Below are positions 49,267 through 59,810 of a stretch of DNA of 64,000 nucleotides, one piece after another. The position numbers and the translations under genes were made by a program. Positions within the stretch are counted from its first letter, which is position 1. Every line of letters begins with the position of its first letter. The DNA comes from Lachnospiraceae bacterium (GTDB lineage Bacteria > Bacillota > Clostridia > Lachnospirales > Lachnospiraceae), in the NCBI GenBank assembly GCA_963643225.1, contig CAVIIX010000004.1, positions 37,291-101,290 of the forward strand, given 5' to 3'. The notes beneath the pieces were generated by a model. It ran no database searches, was not told the DNA's origin, and saw only the letters and a program-made list of their open reading frames with translations.

Positions 49267-51723
49267 ATGGAAAAGTCAAAAACCAACAATGACGGAAAAG
49301 TTAATTTTCTTGCACGTCTAAGCAACAAGCTGACTGCACTTATGAGTGCAATTGTTATTGTTGCCGTAATTATTTTAGTACTCGGTGCGGTTTCAAAGTC
49401 AACTGATGCAATGGAGACGACATATTTAAATTATGCCCAGAACCTTGCAGAGGAAGCCGCTATCGGCGTTGACTTTGCAACAGACTTTGGCGAAAAGGCA
49501 TACGGCGGCTATGCTAAGAACTTAGCTGAAGAAGCAGCCATCTCTATTAACTTCATAAGAGAGTTCGGTGAAGGCGTTTATAAAAATTATGCTAAGAATC
49601 TTGCAGAAGAAGCTGCTATAGGTATTGATATGGCTTCAGCACTTTTAGGAGGAGATGTTCCTTCTTCAAGCTTAACAAGGATTTTAGGAAGTGTTGAAAT
49701 CTCAGGCGTTGAAGGTTCATACGCTTATATGGTAAGCCCTTCAGGCGTTATGTTATGGCATCCCACAGAAAGCAAGATCGGCGGTCAGGTAGAAAACGAT
49801 GCAGTTAAGGGTATCGTGGCTGATTTACAGGCAGGCAAGACCGTAGAGAACGGTTCTGTATTATATGAATACAAGGGCGCTACAAAGCTTGCAGGTTATG
49901 CCTTCACAGCTTCAGGCAACATCTTAATCGTTACTGCAGACTATGATGCATTTATGAAGATCGACTATGATACACTTCTTGGCAACATCGAAATTGACGG
50001 TGTTGAAGGCTCCTATGCATACATGGTAAGCTCTACAGGTGAAATGCTCTGGCACACAAATCCGGATAAGATTGGTAATCCGGTAGAAAATGCAGCAGTT
50101 AAGGGTATTGTAGCAGACCTTGAAGCAGGCAAGACCGTAGAAGACGGATATGTAATTTATGATTATAACGGCTCTAAAAAGCTTGCAGGCTATTCCTTTA
50201 CAAATACAGGAAACATCGTGCTTGTAACAGCCGATTATGACAAGCTTATTGATATTGACTATGACACCTTAATCGGTAAAATCGAAATTTCAGGTGTTGA
50301 AGGTTCATACGCATACATGGTAGATTCTGACGGTATTATGGTTTACCATACCAATTCAGAAAAGATCGGAAGCCAGGTTGAAAACGCAGCAGTTTCAGGT
50401 ATCGTAGCAGACCTTCAGGCAGGCAAGACCGTAGAAGACGGCTCCTGTATTTATGAATATAAGGGTGCTGATAAGGTTGCAGGCTATGCATTTACAAATG
50501 CCGGAAACATAGTAGTTGTAACAGCCGATAAGGATGTAATGCTAGCATCGGTTGACGCTATGAAGAATACACTTATTTCTTACGGGGCAATTGCTGTTGT
50601 ATTATCAATTCTTGTAGTAGTATTTGCTTCAACCTTCATGCTTAAGGGCATTAACCAGTTAGTTCCCTTTATTAAGAAGACAGCCGGCTTTAACTTTACT
50701 AAGGATGAAACAGCTGAAAAGCTTAAAGGTAAAACTGATGAAATCGGTACAATCGCAAGAGAACTTACAAATATGCAGGATGCTTTGCGGGACGTAGTAG
50801 GCTCCATTAACGATGCAAGCTCAAGCATCAATTCTAACGTTGATGACTTACAGGCTACCATCGATGAAATTAACAGCATCTGTGAAGATAACTCGGCTAC
50901 CACAGAACAGCTTGCAGCAGGTATGCAGGAAACTGCAGCCACCACTACCACAATTTCAGAAAACGTTGCAAACGTTCACGAAAATGCAAAGGGCATCGGC
51001 TCTCTTGCAGACGATGGTACTGCTTTATCGCAGGATATATTACATAGAGCTTCAGAGCTTGCTACCACTACAGAAAAGGCAAGCAAGAAGACAATCGATA
51101 TTTACGAGTCTGTTAAGGTTAAGTCTGAAGAAGCAGTTGAAGCTTCCAAGGCAGTTGATAAGATTAATGAACTTACAAATACAATTATGTCTATTTCCTC
51201 ACAGACAAGCTTACTTGCATTAAATGCCTCAATTGAAGCAGCAAGAGCCGGTGAAGCAGGCAGGGGCTTTGCAGTTGTTGCAACTGAAATTTCAAACCTT
51301 GCTACTCAGACTTCAGAAGCAGTAGGCAACATCAATGACATTGTAGAAGAGGTTAACACAGCAGTTGGCAAGATGTCTGACTGTCTGACAGAAACTACTT
51401 CCTTCCTTGAGACAAACGTACTTGCCGATTACCAGGAATTCGGCAAGGTCAGCGAACAGTACAAGAACGATGCTAACACCTTTGGCACCAGTATGGGAGA
51501 AATCAAGGAAAGCATCGGCATTCTTAACAACGAAATCGAAAGTATTTCTGATGCTATCGGCGGCATAGATACAACAATTAACGAATCTTCAACAGGCGTT
51601 ACCGATATCGCAGAAAAGACTACAGAAATGGTTAACGATACCGCTAACAGCGTTGAAAAGGTTAATGAATGTAAGAACGCAGTTCAGAATCTTAAGGATA
51701 TTATCGACAGATTTACTCTTTAA
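49267..51723 (+). CDS. Methyl-accepting chemotaxis protein with three tandem Cache-like sensor modules
   Basis: Two TM helices, HAMP (DEIGTIAR), signalling domain [27 protein letters not shown], and three SYAYMV..G.M..H repeats. Confidence 0.93.
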   Translation: MEKSKTNNDGKVNFLARLSNKLTALMSAIVIVAVIILVLGAVSKSTDAMETTYLNYAQNLAEEAAIGVDFATDFGEKAYGGYAKNLAEEAAISINFIREFGEGVYKNYAKNLAEEAAIGIDMASALLGGDVPSSSLTRILGSVEISGVEGSYAYMVSPSGVMLWHPTESKIGGQVENDAVKGIVADLQAGKTVENGSVLYEYKGATKLAGYAFTASGNILIVTADYDAFMKIDYDTLLGNIEIDGVEGSYAYMVSSTGEMLWHTNPDKIGNPVENAAVKGIVADLEAGKTVEDGYVIYDYNGSKKLAGYSFTNTGNIVLVTADYDKLIDIDYDTLIGKIEISGVEGSYAYMVDSDGIMVYHTNSEKIGSQVENAAVSGIVADLQAGKTVEDGSCIYEYKGADKVAGYAFTNAGNIVVVTADKDVMLASVDAMKNTLISYGAIAVVLSILVVVFASTFMLKGINQLVPFIKKTAGFNFTKDETAEKLKGKTDEIGTIARELTNMQDALRDVVGSINDASSSINSNVDDLQATIDEINSICEDNSATTEQLAAGMQETAATTTTISENVANVHENAKGIGSLADDGTALSQDILHRASELATTTEKASKKTIDIYESVKVKSEEAVEASKAVDKINELTNTIMSISSQTSLLALNASIEAARAGEAGRGFAVVATEISNLATQTSEAVGNINDIVEEVNTAVGKMSDCLTETTSFLETNVLADYQEFGKVSEQYKNDANTFGTSMGEIKESIGILNNEIESISDAIGGIDTTINESSTGVTDIAEKTTEMVNDTANSVEKVNECKNAVQNLKDIIDRFTL

Positions 51724-51743
51724 TCCATTCTTTTAATCTATAG

Positions 51744-51775
51744 GGGATGTGCCAAAGGGCACATCCCTTTTTTTT
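51744..51775 (+). terminator. Intrinsic terminator after the MCP gene
   Basis: GGGATGTGCC-AAAG-GGCACATCCC followed by T8. Confidence 0.88.
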
Positions 51776-51976
51776 ACCTATAGGAAATCACAATGTAATT
51801 CCCTATAGGTAAAAAAAGGCACTACGTGCCACTGATGCGCACTCGCGAAAAAGGTATATGTCGCCTTAGCGACCTCGCTCGGCGCTTTAGTTTCGCAAGC
51901 GAAACTCTTTTACCATATAGGAAATCACAATGTAATTCCCTATAGGTAAAAAAAGGCACTACGTGCCACCGCTTTT
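51768..51976. repeat. Family-B composite palindromic repeat (two identical 54-bp units 137 bp apart)
   Basis: TATAGGAAATCACAATGTAATTCCCTATAGGTAAAAAAAGGCACTACGTGCCAC at 51779-51832 and 51916-51969. Confidence 0.92.
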
Positions 51977-52060
51977 CCACCTTTTTAATTGTTATATCTA
52001 TGTAAATATGGTATTATGTAACCTGTAAATGCTGATTTAGTGTACAAAGGAGAATACCTG

Positions 52061-53251
52061 ATGGCTAAATACAAAAGAATTTTTACTATTGTTATTGATT
52101 CCTTCGGAATTGGCGATGCGCCTGACGCAGAGAAATTTAACGATAAGGGAGCAGATACCTGCGGCCATATTGCCAGCACGGTAGAGCATTTTAATATTCC
52201 GAATCTTCAAAAATTGGGTCTTGCCAATTTAAAGAAAATGGATAAGGTAGCGCCTATAGACAATACCTTAGGATATTACGGCGCCTTAAAGGAAATGAGC
52301 AATGGTAAGGATACAATGACCGGCCATTGGGAAATGATGGGTGTACATACGGTGGAGCCATTTATCACCTTTACGGAAACAGGTTTCCCGGATGAACTGA
52401 TTAAAGCCCTGGAAGAAAAGACAGGCAGAAGAGTTGTAGGCAATAAATCCGCAAGCGGTACCGTTATTATTGACGAGCTTGCAGATGAAGAAATTAATCA
52501 TAACGGATTGATTGTTTATACCTCGGCAGATTCCGTGCTTCAGATATGCGGACATGAGCCTACCTTAGGTCTTGAGACGCTTTATAAATATTGTGAAATT
52601 GCAAGAGAACTGACAATGAAGCCTGAATGGAGAGTGGGGCGCGTCATTGCACGTCCTTACGTAGGCGATCATGCAGGCAATTTTAAACGTACTTCAAATC
52701 GTCATGACTATGCACTCAAGCCCACCAACAGAACTGCCCTTAACGAGCTTAAGGATGCAGGTTTTTCCGTTATTTCGGTAGGTAAGATTAATGATATCTT
52801 TGACGGAGAAGGAATTACCGAAGGCAATCATTCCGACTCAAGCGTACACGGAATGGAACAGACTATAGAAATTGCAGACAGAGACTTTGAAGGCTTATGC
52901 TTTGTAAATTTAGTAGACTTTGATGCCCAGTGGGGTCATAGACGTAACCCTGTAGGATACGGCGAGGAGCTTGAAAGATTTGACGTTAAATTAGGAGAAT
53001 TTTTACCTAAATTAAGAAAGGATGATTTACTTATCATTACTGCCGATCATGGTAACGATCCTACCTATAAGGGTACAGACCATACCCGTGAAAAAGTGCC
53101 CTTCTTAGCTTATTCTCCTTCTATGATTGGAACCGGCAGGCTTCAAGAACAGGACACCTTTGCAATAATCGGCGCAAGCATCCTTGATAATTTTGGTTTG
53201 ACGATGCCTGCAGGTACAATCGGCACCTCGATATTAGATTTACTTAAATAA
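52061..53251 (+). CDS. deoB: Phosphopentomutase
   Basis: [66 protein letters not shown] at 52061. Confidence 0.95.
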   Translation: MAKYKRIFTIVIDSFGIGDAPDAEKFNDKGADTCGHIASTVEHFNIPNLQKLGLANLKKMDKVAPIDNTLGYYGALKEMSNGKDTMTGHWEMMGVHTVEPFITFTETGFPDELIKALEEKTGRRVVGNKSASGTVIIDELADEEINHNGLIVYTSADSVLQICGHEPTLGLETLYKYCEIARELTMKPEWRVGRVIARPYVGDHAGNFKRTSNRHDYALKPTNRTALNELKDAGFSVISVGKINDIFDGEGITEGNHSDSSVHGMEQTIEIADRDFEGLCFVNLVDFDAQWGHRRNPVGYGEELERFDVKLGEFLPKLRKDDLLIITADHGNDPTYKGTDHTREKVPFLAYSPSMIGTGRLQEQDTFAIIGASILDNFGLTMPAGTIGTSILDLLK

Positions 53252-53265
53252 AGTGAGATTAAAAA

Positions 53266-54156
53266 ATGAGTGAAACAAAATACAAACGAAAATGGGGAGA
53301 CCGCCCAGATGGAAGATGGATTAAGGATGTAAGCGGCCTTACCACAATTATGGGCCATATTATGCCTAACCGTACTGATGCAGAGGTTTTCTTTCAGGAC
53401 GAATTTGATGTAACGAATATGCTTGCCTTTATTGAAAAGAAAAATGCCGAGCATCCTAATTACAAGACTACAATTTTCCACTGTATAGTTTTTGCAATTG
53501 CAAAGATGGTGCAGGAGCGCCCTAAGATGAATCGTTTTGTGCAGGGAAGACGTACCTATGAAAGAAACGAAATTACCATGTGCTTTTTGGCTAAGAGACG
53601 CTTTGCAGACGGTGCGGAGGAAGCCTTTATGAACATTGTGCCCCGTCCAGAGGATACACTTGATTCTTTAAGCCACCACATATACGGTGACATTCAGACT
53701 ATACGTAAAAGCGAACATTCAACAGGCGGAATGGACAAGGTGGTGGATGACTTTGCGAAAATTCCGCGCCCACTTCTTATGCTTATAGTACGTATCGCAA
53801 GATGGCTTGACTTCTTTGGGAAGGTACCGAAGTGTTTAAGAAGCGGCGATTCAAATTTTGCTTCTGTTTTACTTTCCAATTTAGGAAGCATACAGTGCCC
53901 AAGCGTTTATCACCACTTAAACAATTATGGCACTAACAGCTTTATGGTGACTGTAGGCACCATCCACAAAAAGGAAATGCTTATGCCTGACGGCACCAAA
54001 CAGATAAGAGACGTTATTGATATCGGTGCCACCATAGACGAGCGAATCGCCGACGGCTTTTATTTTGCCAAAAGCTTAAAGGTGATAAAATATTTATTTG
54101 CACATCCTGAGCTCATGGAGCAGCCTTTTTCGGCACCCAGCGGTTTTGAATATTAA
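53266..54156 (+). CDS. Stand-alone 2-oxoacid dehydrogenase E2/CAT-fold acyltransferase-like protein
   Basis: RPKMNRF, LSNLGSI and TIDERIADG correspond to the E2 motifs P..N, ISNLG and DHR..DG. No lipoyl domain. Confidence 0.65.
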   Translation: MSETKYKRKWGDRPDGRWIKDVSGLTTIMGHIMPNRTDAEVFFQDEFDVTNMLAFIEKKNAEHPNYKTTIFHCIVFAIAKMVQERPKMNRFVQGRRTYERNEITMCFLAKRRFADGAEEAFMNIVPRPEDTLDSLSHHIYGDIQTIRKSEHSTGGMDKVVDDFAKIPRPLLMLIVRIARWLDFFGKVPKCLRSGDSNFASVLLSNLGSIQCPSVYHHLNNYGTNSFMVTVGTIHKKEMLMPDGTKQIRDVIDIGATIDERIADGFYFAKSLKVIKYLFAHPELMEQPFSAPSGFEY

Positions 54157-54187
54157 TATAGTTAAGGGGAAGTTACAGTAAAAGAAA

Positions 54188-55936
54188 ATGAGTGAGATTA
54201 CAGCAAAAACACCGTGGGAAAACTTTATGGGAGAGGTTCCCATGCATTTAAACTATTTTGAAGGCTCAATGTTTGAGGCGGTTAACGCAATTGCCGAAAA
54301 ATATCAAAACAACATAGCCTTTGACTTTATGGGAAAATCAACTACCTATAAAGAAATGATTAAGGAAATAAGAATCTGCGCCAGGGCCTTAAGAAGTATC
54401 GGCGTAAGAGAAGGAGATAAGGTAACAATTGCAATGCCTAACTGTCCGCAGGCAATTTACATGCTTTATGCGGTGAATTTAATCGGTGCTATTGCAAATA
54501 TGATTCATCCCTTATCTGCCGAAAAGGAAATCGAATTTTATTTAAACGAATCAGAAAGCGTTACGGCTATTACGCTTGACCAGTTTTATCATAAATTTGA
54601 GCATATAAGAGCCAACACTAAGGTGGTAAATATCATTATTGCAAGCGTAAGTGATGCGCTTTCTAGGCCCATTAAGGCAGGCTACATGCTGACGGAGGGC
54701 AGAAAAATCGCAAAAATTCCGGAAAATGCCCCCATTATCAGATGGAAAGAATTTATACGTATGTCTAAATTCTGCTTTTATGATTATGAAGTCAAAAGAA
54801 AAAGCGATGACCCTGCGGTTATCCTTTATTCAGGCGGCACTACCGGCACCACAAAGGGTATAGTGCTTACAAATAAAAACTTTAACGCCTTAGGCTCACA
54901 GGTAATAGCCACAAATCCAATGTTCAGACCCGGTGACAAAATGCTTGCGGCAATGCCCTTATTCCACGGCTTCGGTCTTGGTGTATGTGTACACACAATG
55001 CTTTCTAAGGGCGGAAGATGTATTTTGATTCCGAGATTTACAGCCAAGAGCTATGCTAAGCAGATAGTAAAATTAAGATGCAATTTCATCGCAGGTGTGC
55101 CTACCCTATATGAGGCACTGCTTAGACTTCCTTCAATGGACGGCGCTGATTTAAGCTGCTTAAAGGGTGTATTTTCAGGCGGGGATTCACTTTCAATTGA
55201 ATTAAAGAAAAAATTTGATAAATTTTTATACGACCATAAATCCATCGTACAGGTGCGTGAAGGCTATGGCACTACCGAAACCGTTACAGCCTGCTGCTTA
55301 ACTCCGGTAGGAATGGCAAAGGAAGGTTCCATTGGAATTCCCTTCCCGGATACCTACATTAAAATCGTAGAGCCGGGTACTGATAAAGAGCTTCCTTATG
55401 GAGAAGAGGGGGAAATTCTTCTTGCAGGTCCTACCGTTATGAAGGAATATATGAAGCATCCTGATGAAACGGCACAGACTCTCCGTACTCACGCTGACGG
55501 TCTTACCTGGGTATACACAGGTGACCTTGGTATTATGGACAGCGACGGCTTTATTTATTTTAAAGGCCGTGCAAAGCGTATGATTATTACTTCAGGCTAT
55601 AACGTATATCCATCACAGCTTGAAAATATTCTGGATGCCCACGAAAAGGTACAGATGAGCTGCGTTATCGGTGTTCCTGATACCTATAGAATGCAGAAGG
55701 TTAAAGCCTTTGTTACTTTAAAGGAAGGCGTTGAGGCAAGTGATGAGGTGAAGCAGGAAATTATGTCCTATGCCCGTAAAAACATTGCAAAATACGCTAT
55801 GCCCTACGACCTTGAATTTAAAAAGGAAATGCCTAAGACTCTTGTCGGTAAGGTAGCCTACAGAGTGCTTGAAGAAGAGGAGCTTAAGAAAATAGAAGAA
55901 AAGAAGAAGGAGGCTGAAAATAAAGCCTTAACGTAA
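54188..55936 (+). CDS. AMP-forming acyl-CoA ligase (long-chain fatty acid-CoA ligase-like)
   Basis: YSGGTTGTTKG, PLFHGFG, EGYGTTE, YTGDLG, GRAKRMIITSGYNVYP, PKTLVGK. Confidence 0.92.
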   Translation: MSEITAKTPWENFMGEVPMHLNYFEGSMFEAVNAIAEKYQNNIAFDFMGKSTTYKEMIKEIRICARALRSIGVREGDKVTIAMPNCPQAIYMLYAVNLIGAIANMIHPLSAEKEIEFYLNESESVTAITLDQFYHKFEHIRANTKVVNIIIASVSDALSRPIKAGYMLTEGRKIAKIPENAPIIRWKEFIRMSKFCFYDYEVKRKSDDPAVILYSGGTTGTTKGIVLTNKNFNALGSQVIATNPMFRPGDKMLAAMPLFHGFGLGVCVHTMLSKGGRCILIPRFTAKSYAKQIVKLRCNFIAGVPTLYEALLRLPSMDGADLSCLKGVFSGGDSLSIELKKKFDKFLYDHKSIVQVREGYGTTETVTACCLTPVGMAKEGSIGIPFPDTYIKIVEPGTDKELPYGEEGEILLAGPTVMKEYMKHPDETAQTLRTHADGLTWVYTGDLGIMDSDGFIYFKGRAKRMIITSGYNVYPSQLENILDAHEKVQMSCVIGVPDTYRMQKVKAFVTLKEGVEASDEVKQEIMSYARKNIAKYAMPYDLEFKKEMPKTLVGKVAYRVLEEEELKKIEEKKKEAENKALT

Positions 55937-56077
55937 AACGCTTCTAAATGATAATGCTTAACCCGCTGTTTTTAATAGCGAGTTTTTGTATATTCTGCTA
56001 ATTGCTATGATGGCGTTATGATAGTCTGGCCTGAATAGATAATAAACATATTTTCTTTAGCTGAAAGAGGACTTTAA

Positions 56078-57436
56078 ATGGCAAAAAAAGCTGTAAAGGA
56101 TATGACAAACGGAAACTGCTTTAAGCTTATTGTGAGCTTTGCGTTTCCTTTATTATGCGGACTTTTATTTCAGCAGGTGTATAACCTGATGGATACAGTT
56201 ATTGTGGGGTTTTATCTTGGTGTAAATGCCCTTGCGGCGGTAGGCTCAACAGGCAGCATTAATTTTTTGGTTATCGGATTTTGCTCCGGTATGTGCGCAG
56301 GCTTTGCCCTTCCTGTTGCCCAGCGTTTTGGGGCAAAAGACTATAAATCCTTACGTATATATGTAGGAAATGCTTCGGTTATAGCAACTATTGTTGCGGT
56401 TGCTTTAACGGTTTCAACGGTTTTTGGATGTAAAGGAATTTTACATCTTATGAACACTCCTGATGATATTTTTGAAGGTGCATACATTTATATTGTTGTA
56501 ATATTTGCAGGCATTCCGGCGACCATTCTTTATAACCTCTTATCGGGATTTTTAAGATCCCTTGGTGACTCCGTTACACCTTTAGTATTTTTGGTAATTT
56601 CTTCGTTTTTAAATATAGGCCTGGACCTTTTATTTATTGCAAAACTTGATATGGGCATATTCGGCGCTTCCTTTGCAACTGTTTTATCACAGCTTGTGTC
56701 TGGAATATTGTGTTTAATTGTAATTATTAAAAGGTTTGATATTTTAAGGCTTAAAAAAAGCGATTTAAAGCTTGAACAGGGTCACGTTCATAATTTGCTT
56801 TTAATGGGCTTTCCAATGGGCTTTCAGTATTCGATTACCGCAATCGGAAGTGTTATTTTACAAACCTCTGTTAATTCCCTTGGGTCCTTAGCGGTTGCTT
56901 CTACTACGGCTGCAGGTAAGATATCGAATTTCGTGTGCACACCCTTTGATGCCCTTGGCTCCACTATGGCCACCTTTGGCGGACAGAATGTTGGAGCGGG
57001 TAAATTAGAAAGGTTATCGAAAGGATTGAAGAGTGCTTCCATAATTGGAATTATTTATTCACTTGGAATTTTAGCTTGTCTTTATTTTTTTGGTACGAAT
57101 ATGGTATATTTATTCGTGGACGAAGGTGAAGTTCAGATTATAGCCTGGGCAAGGCAGTACATGCTTATAAACGCAGCTTTCTATGTGCCCCTTGCCTTTG
57201 TCAATATAGTAAGATTTTTGATTCAGGGCATGGGATTTTCTGCCTTTGCAGTTTTAGCGGGCGTGCTTGAAATGATAGGAAGAGCTGTAATCGGCATTTT
57301 CTTTGTACCTAAATTTGGCTTTACAGCAGCTGCCTTTGCAAGCCCCCTTGCCTGGATTTTGGCAGATGCCTTTTTAATACCTGCATATTTTAATGTGCTT
57401 AAGAAGCTTAAAAGGATAAAGGAAAAAGCAGCTTAA
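56078..57436 (+). CDS. MATE family efflux transporter
   Basis: FQQVYNLMDTVIVG..LGVNALAAVG, LRSLGDSVTPL, GQNVGAG. Confidence 0.92.
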   Translation: MAKKAVKDMTNGNCFKLIVSFAFPLLCGLLFQQVYNLMDTVIVGFYLGVNALAAVGSTGSINFLVIGFCSGMCAGFALPVAQRFGAKDYKSLRIYVGNASVIATIVAVALTVSTVFGCKGILHLMNTPDDIFEGAYIYIVVIFAGIPATILYNLLSGFLRSLGDSVTPLVFLVISSFLNIGLDLLFIAKLDMGIFGASFATVLSQLVSGILCLIVIIKRFDILRLKKSDLKLEQGHVHNLLLMGFPMGFQYSITAIGSVILQTSVNSLGSLAVASTTAAGKISNFVCTPFDALGSTMATFGGQNVGAGKLERLSKGLKSASIIGIIYSLGILACLYFFGTNMVYLFVDEGEVQIIAWARQYMLINAAFYVPLAFVNIVRFLIQGMGFSAFAVLAGVLEMIGRAVIGIFFVPKFGFTAAAFASPLAWILADAFLIPAYFNVLKKLKRIKEKAA

Positions 57437-57560
57437 AAATCCGATTAACATTTTAAACATCTGTATGCAAAGTAGCGACGGAAAAGAAAACCTATGGAAT
57501 TATTATGTTGTGCCGTCGATAATACAATGATAAACTTGTAATGGAGAAAAATGAGTATCT

Positions 57561-58547
57561 ATGAATTTTATTTATGCACTGCTTATCGTATTTTCGTTTG
57601 ACAGGCTTTTTGTTAAAAATGAATATGATGGAAGATTTTTTAAATATATAGAAGCCTACATTGACATGGAGGTGCCGGATGCTGCAAAGGCTTCAGAATT
57701 AGAATCAGATGTATCAGGTAACGATGCAAAAGATAATGATGTATCGGGCGGTGACGTGTCAGATAATGCTGTGTCAGATAGTGCTGTGTCAGATGATGAT
57801 GTATCAGATGATGATGTATCGGGCGATGATGTATCAGGAGATGATGTGTCAGATAATGATGTATCGGGCGTTGATGTATCAAGAGACGATGTGTCAGGGG
57901 ATGATGTGTATGTGCCACCTACGGTTTCTTTGGCTGTAAAAAACATATACCAAAAGCCTGAACTTCCTAACGGCTGCGAAGTAGTTTCTTTAACCATAGT
58001 CATGAACTACGAGGGCATTGAAGCTGACAAGCTTGAAATGGCTGATGACTATCTTCCTAAAAGTAAAACCCTGGATGAGGATCCAAATGTCTATTATTTA
58101 AGGAATCCCCGCAGTAACGGCTTTTATTGCTATGCCGGGCCTATTGTAAAGACGGTTGAAAATTACATTGAGGCAACAGGCTTTACTTATATTGATGTTT
58201 GCGATTTGACGGATTGTGAGCCTTCTGATTTATATTACTATCTTGAAAAAGGGCATCCGCTGGTGGTGTGGGGGACACTTTTATGGTACTGGCCCTATAA
58301 ATACGATTCTGGGCTTTATGCCAATTTACACTGTATGGTGCTATCGGGAGTGAGTGAAGAAACCGTCACTATTACGGACCCAATATACGGAATTTATGAC
58401 TTAGAACGTGAAAAATTTGAAGAAATCTGGACGGCTATGGGAAAACGCGCCGTTACAGTTTCGGTTAATAAGGTGAGGTATGAATTATGGAATTTAAAAA
58501 TGCACCGAGAGGCTGGAACTCCTGGGATTGCTATGGAGCAGCAGTAG
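57561..58547 (+). CDS. C39-like peptidase with an acidic pentapeptide-repeat linker
   Basis: YQKPELPNGCEVVSL (Cys), HCMVLSG (His), ITDP (Asp), preceded by DVS(G/D)(D/N) repeats. Confidence 0.75.
   Translation: MNFIYALLIVFSFDRLFVKNEYDGRFFKYIEAYIDMEVPDAAKASELESDVSGNDAKDNDVSGGDVSDNAVSDSAVSDDDVSDDDVSGDDVSGDDVSDNDVSGVDVSRDDVSGDDVYVPPTVSLAVKNIYQKPELPNGCEVVSLTIVMNYEGIEADKLEMADDYLPKSKTLDEDPNVYYLRNPRSNGFYCYAGPIVKTVENYIEATGFTYIDVCDLTDCEPSDLYYYLEKGHPLVVWGTLLWYWPYKYDSGLYANLHCMVLSGVSEETVTITDPIYGIYDLEREKFEEIWTAMGKRAVTVSVNKVRYELWNLKMHREAGTPGIAMEQQ
57708..57908 (+). repeat. 15-bp degenerate tandem repeat (about 13 units) encoding DVSxx
   Basis: Recurring GATGT(A/G)TC(A/G)G..GAT/AAT units. Confidence 0.9.
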
Positions 58548-59743
58548 ACGAAGCAACAGTTAAGAAAAATGCCGATTTCATGGCAAAATATTTAAAGGAA
58601 TACGGCTGGGAATATATTGTAGTGGACATTCAGTGGTATGAACCCTTTGCGGATACCAACGAATACCATCCCTTTGCACCTATCTGCATGGATGAATACG
58701 GAAGAGCGATTCCTGCACCCAACAGATTCCCTTCATCGGAGGGGGGCAGGGGCTTTAAGCCTTTAGCAGACTATGTACATTCGCTGGGACTTAAATTCGG
58801 CATCCACATTATGAGGGGTATTCCACGTCAGGCAGTCAGTGAAAACACACCTGTGCTCGGTACAAAATTAACTGCAAGAGAAGTAGCAAAGACTGCTTCA
58901 ATCTGTCACTGGAATACGGATATGTACGGCGTAGACCCTAAGAAGGGCGGCAGTGCTTATTATGATTCAATCTTTAAGCTTTATGCTGAATGGGGCGTTG
59001 ATTTTATAAAGTGTGATGATATATGCCGTGAGCTTCCACACGAAGAAGAGGAGCTTGTTGCTTTAAGCCAGGCACTTCATTCCTGTGGCCGTGACATGGT
59101 ATTAAGCCTGTCTCCCGGTCCTGCATTATTAGAAAAGGCTGAGCTTTACAAGCAGATTTCCAATATGTGGCGCATAACTGATGATTTCTGGGATGACTGG
59201 AAGCTTTTATATGCAATGTTTGAAAGATGCGAAAAGTGGAGTATTCACACAGGCTACGGTAATTATCCGGATGCCGACATGCTTCCAATCGGTCCCATCA
59301 GACAGTGCTATAATCCTGACAACACCACGAATTTCACAAACGACGAGCTTATCACATTAATGTCTCTTTGGTCTATTTTCAGAGCTCCTTTAATGATAGG
59401 CGGTGAAATGACAAAATTTGATGCCTTTACAATGTCTCTTGTGACGAACAAAGAGCTTCTTGCTATGCACGAGTGTGCCCGTGACGCCCATCAGGTATAT
59501 AGAAAAAACATCAACAATAAGGAAACCGTTCTTTGGAAGGCTTCCTCAAACGGAAACGATAAATATATGTGCGTATTTAATTTAAGTGATGAAGATAATG
59601 AGGTTTACATAACCTTACGGGATCTGGAGGCTGAAAAAATTACGAAAGCCTTTGATATCTGGACTAAGGAAAAGCGTGACTTTAAGGATGCACTTAAGGT
59701 GTCTCTTCCTGCCCACGGCTGCAAGGCTTTTGTGCTTAAATAA
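58487..59743 (+). CDS. GH27 glycosidase, probable beta-L-arabinopyranosidase subtype
   Basis: GWNSWDCYG, YIVVDIQWYEP, GLKFGIHIMRGIP, WGVDFIKCDD, MWRITDDFWD, PDADMLP. Confidence 0.88.
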   Translation: MEFKNAPRGWNSWDCYGAAVDEATVKKNADFMAKYLKEYGWEYIVVDIQWYEPFADTNEYHPFAPICMDEYGRAIPAPNRFPSSEGGRGFKPLADYVHSLGLKFGIHIMRGIPRQAVSENTPVLGTKLTAREVAKTASICHWNTDMYGVDPKKGGSAYYDSIFKLYAEWGVDFIKCDDICRELPHEEEELVALSQALHSCGRDMVLSLSPGPALLEKAELYKQISNMWRITDDFWDDWKLLYAMFERCEKWSIHTGYGNYPDADMLPIGPIRQCYNPDNTTNFTNDELITLMSLWSIFRAPLMIGGEMTKFDAFTMSLVTNKELLAMHECARDAHQVYRKNINNKETVLWKASSNGNDKYMCVFNLSDEDNEVYITLRDLEAEKITKAFDIWTKEKRDFKDALKVSLPAHGCKAFVLK

Positions 59744-59761
59744 AATAAGTGATAAAAAATT

Positions 59762-59806
59762 AAGGGTTTTCAGAGGATTTTTTAGATGCCTCTGAAATCC
59801 CTTTTT
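59762..59806 (+). terminator. Intrinsic terminator after GH27
   Basis: AAGGG.TTTCAGAGG/CCTCTGAAA.CCCTT stem followed by a T-tract. Confidence 0.75.
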
Positions 59807-59810
59807 ATAA

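Noticed and set aside
51779..51969. Possible mini-CRISPR array (repeat-spacer-repeat)
   Set aside because: Only two 54-bp repeats with an 83-bp spacer that is itself made of hairpin modules. The sizes are atypical and no cas genes are present.
57640..58003. His-rich, Met-rich and Ser/Thr-rich ORFs in alternative frames
   Set aside because: These are shadow translations of the 15-bp repeat inside the C39-like gene.
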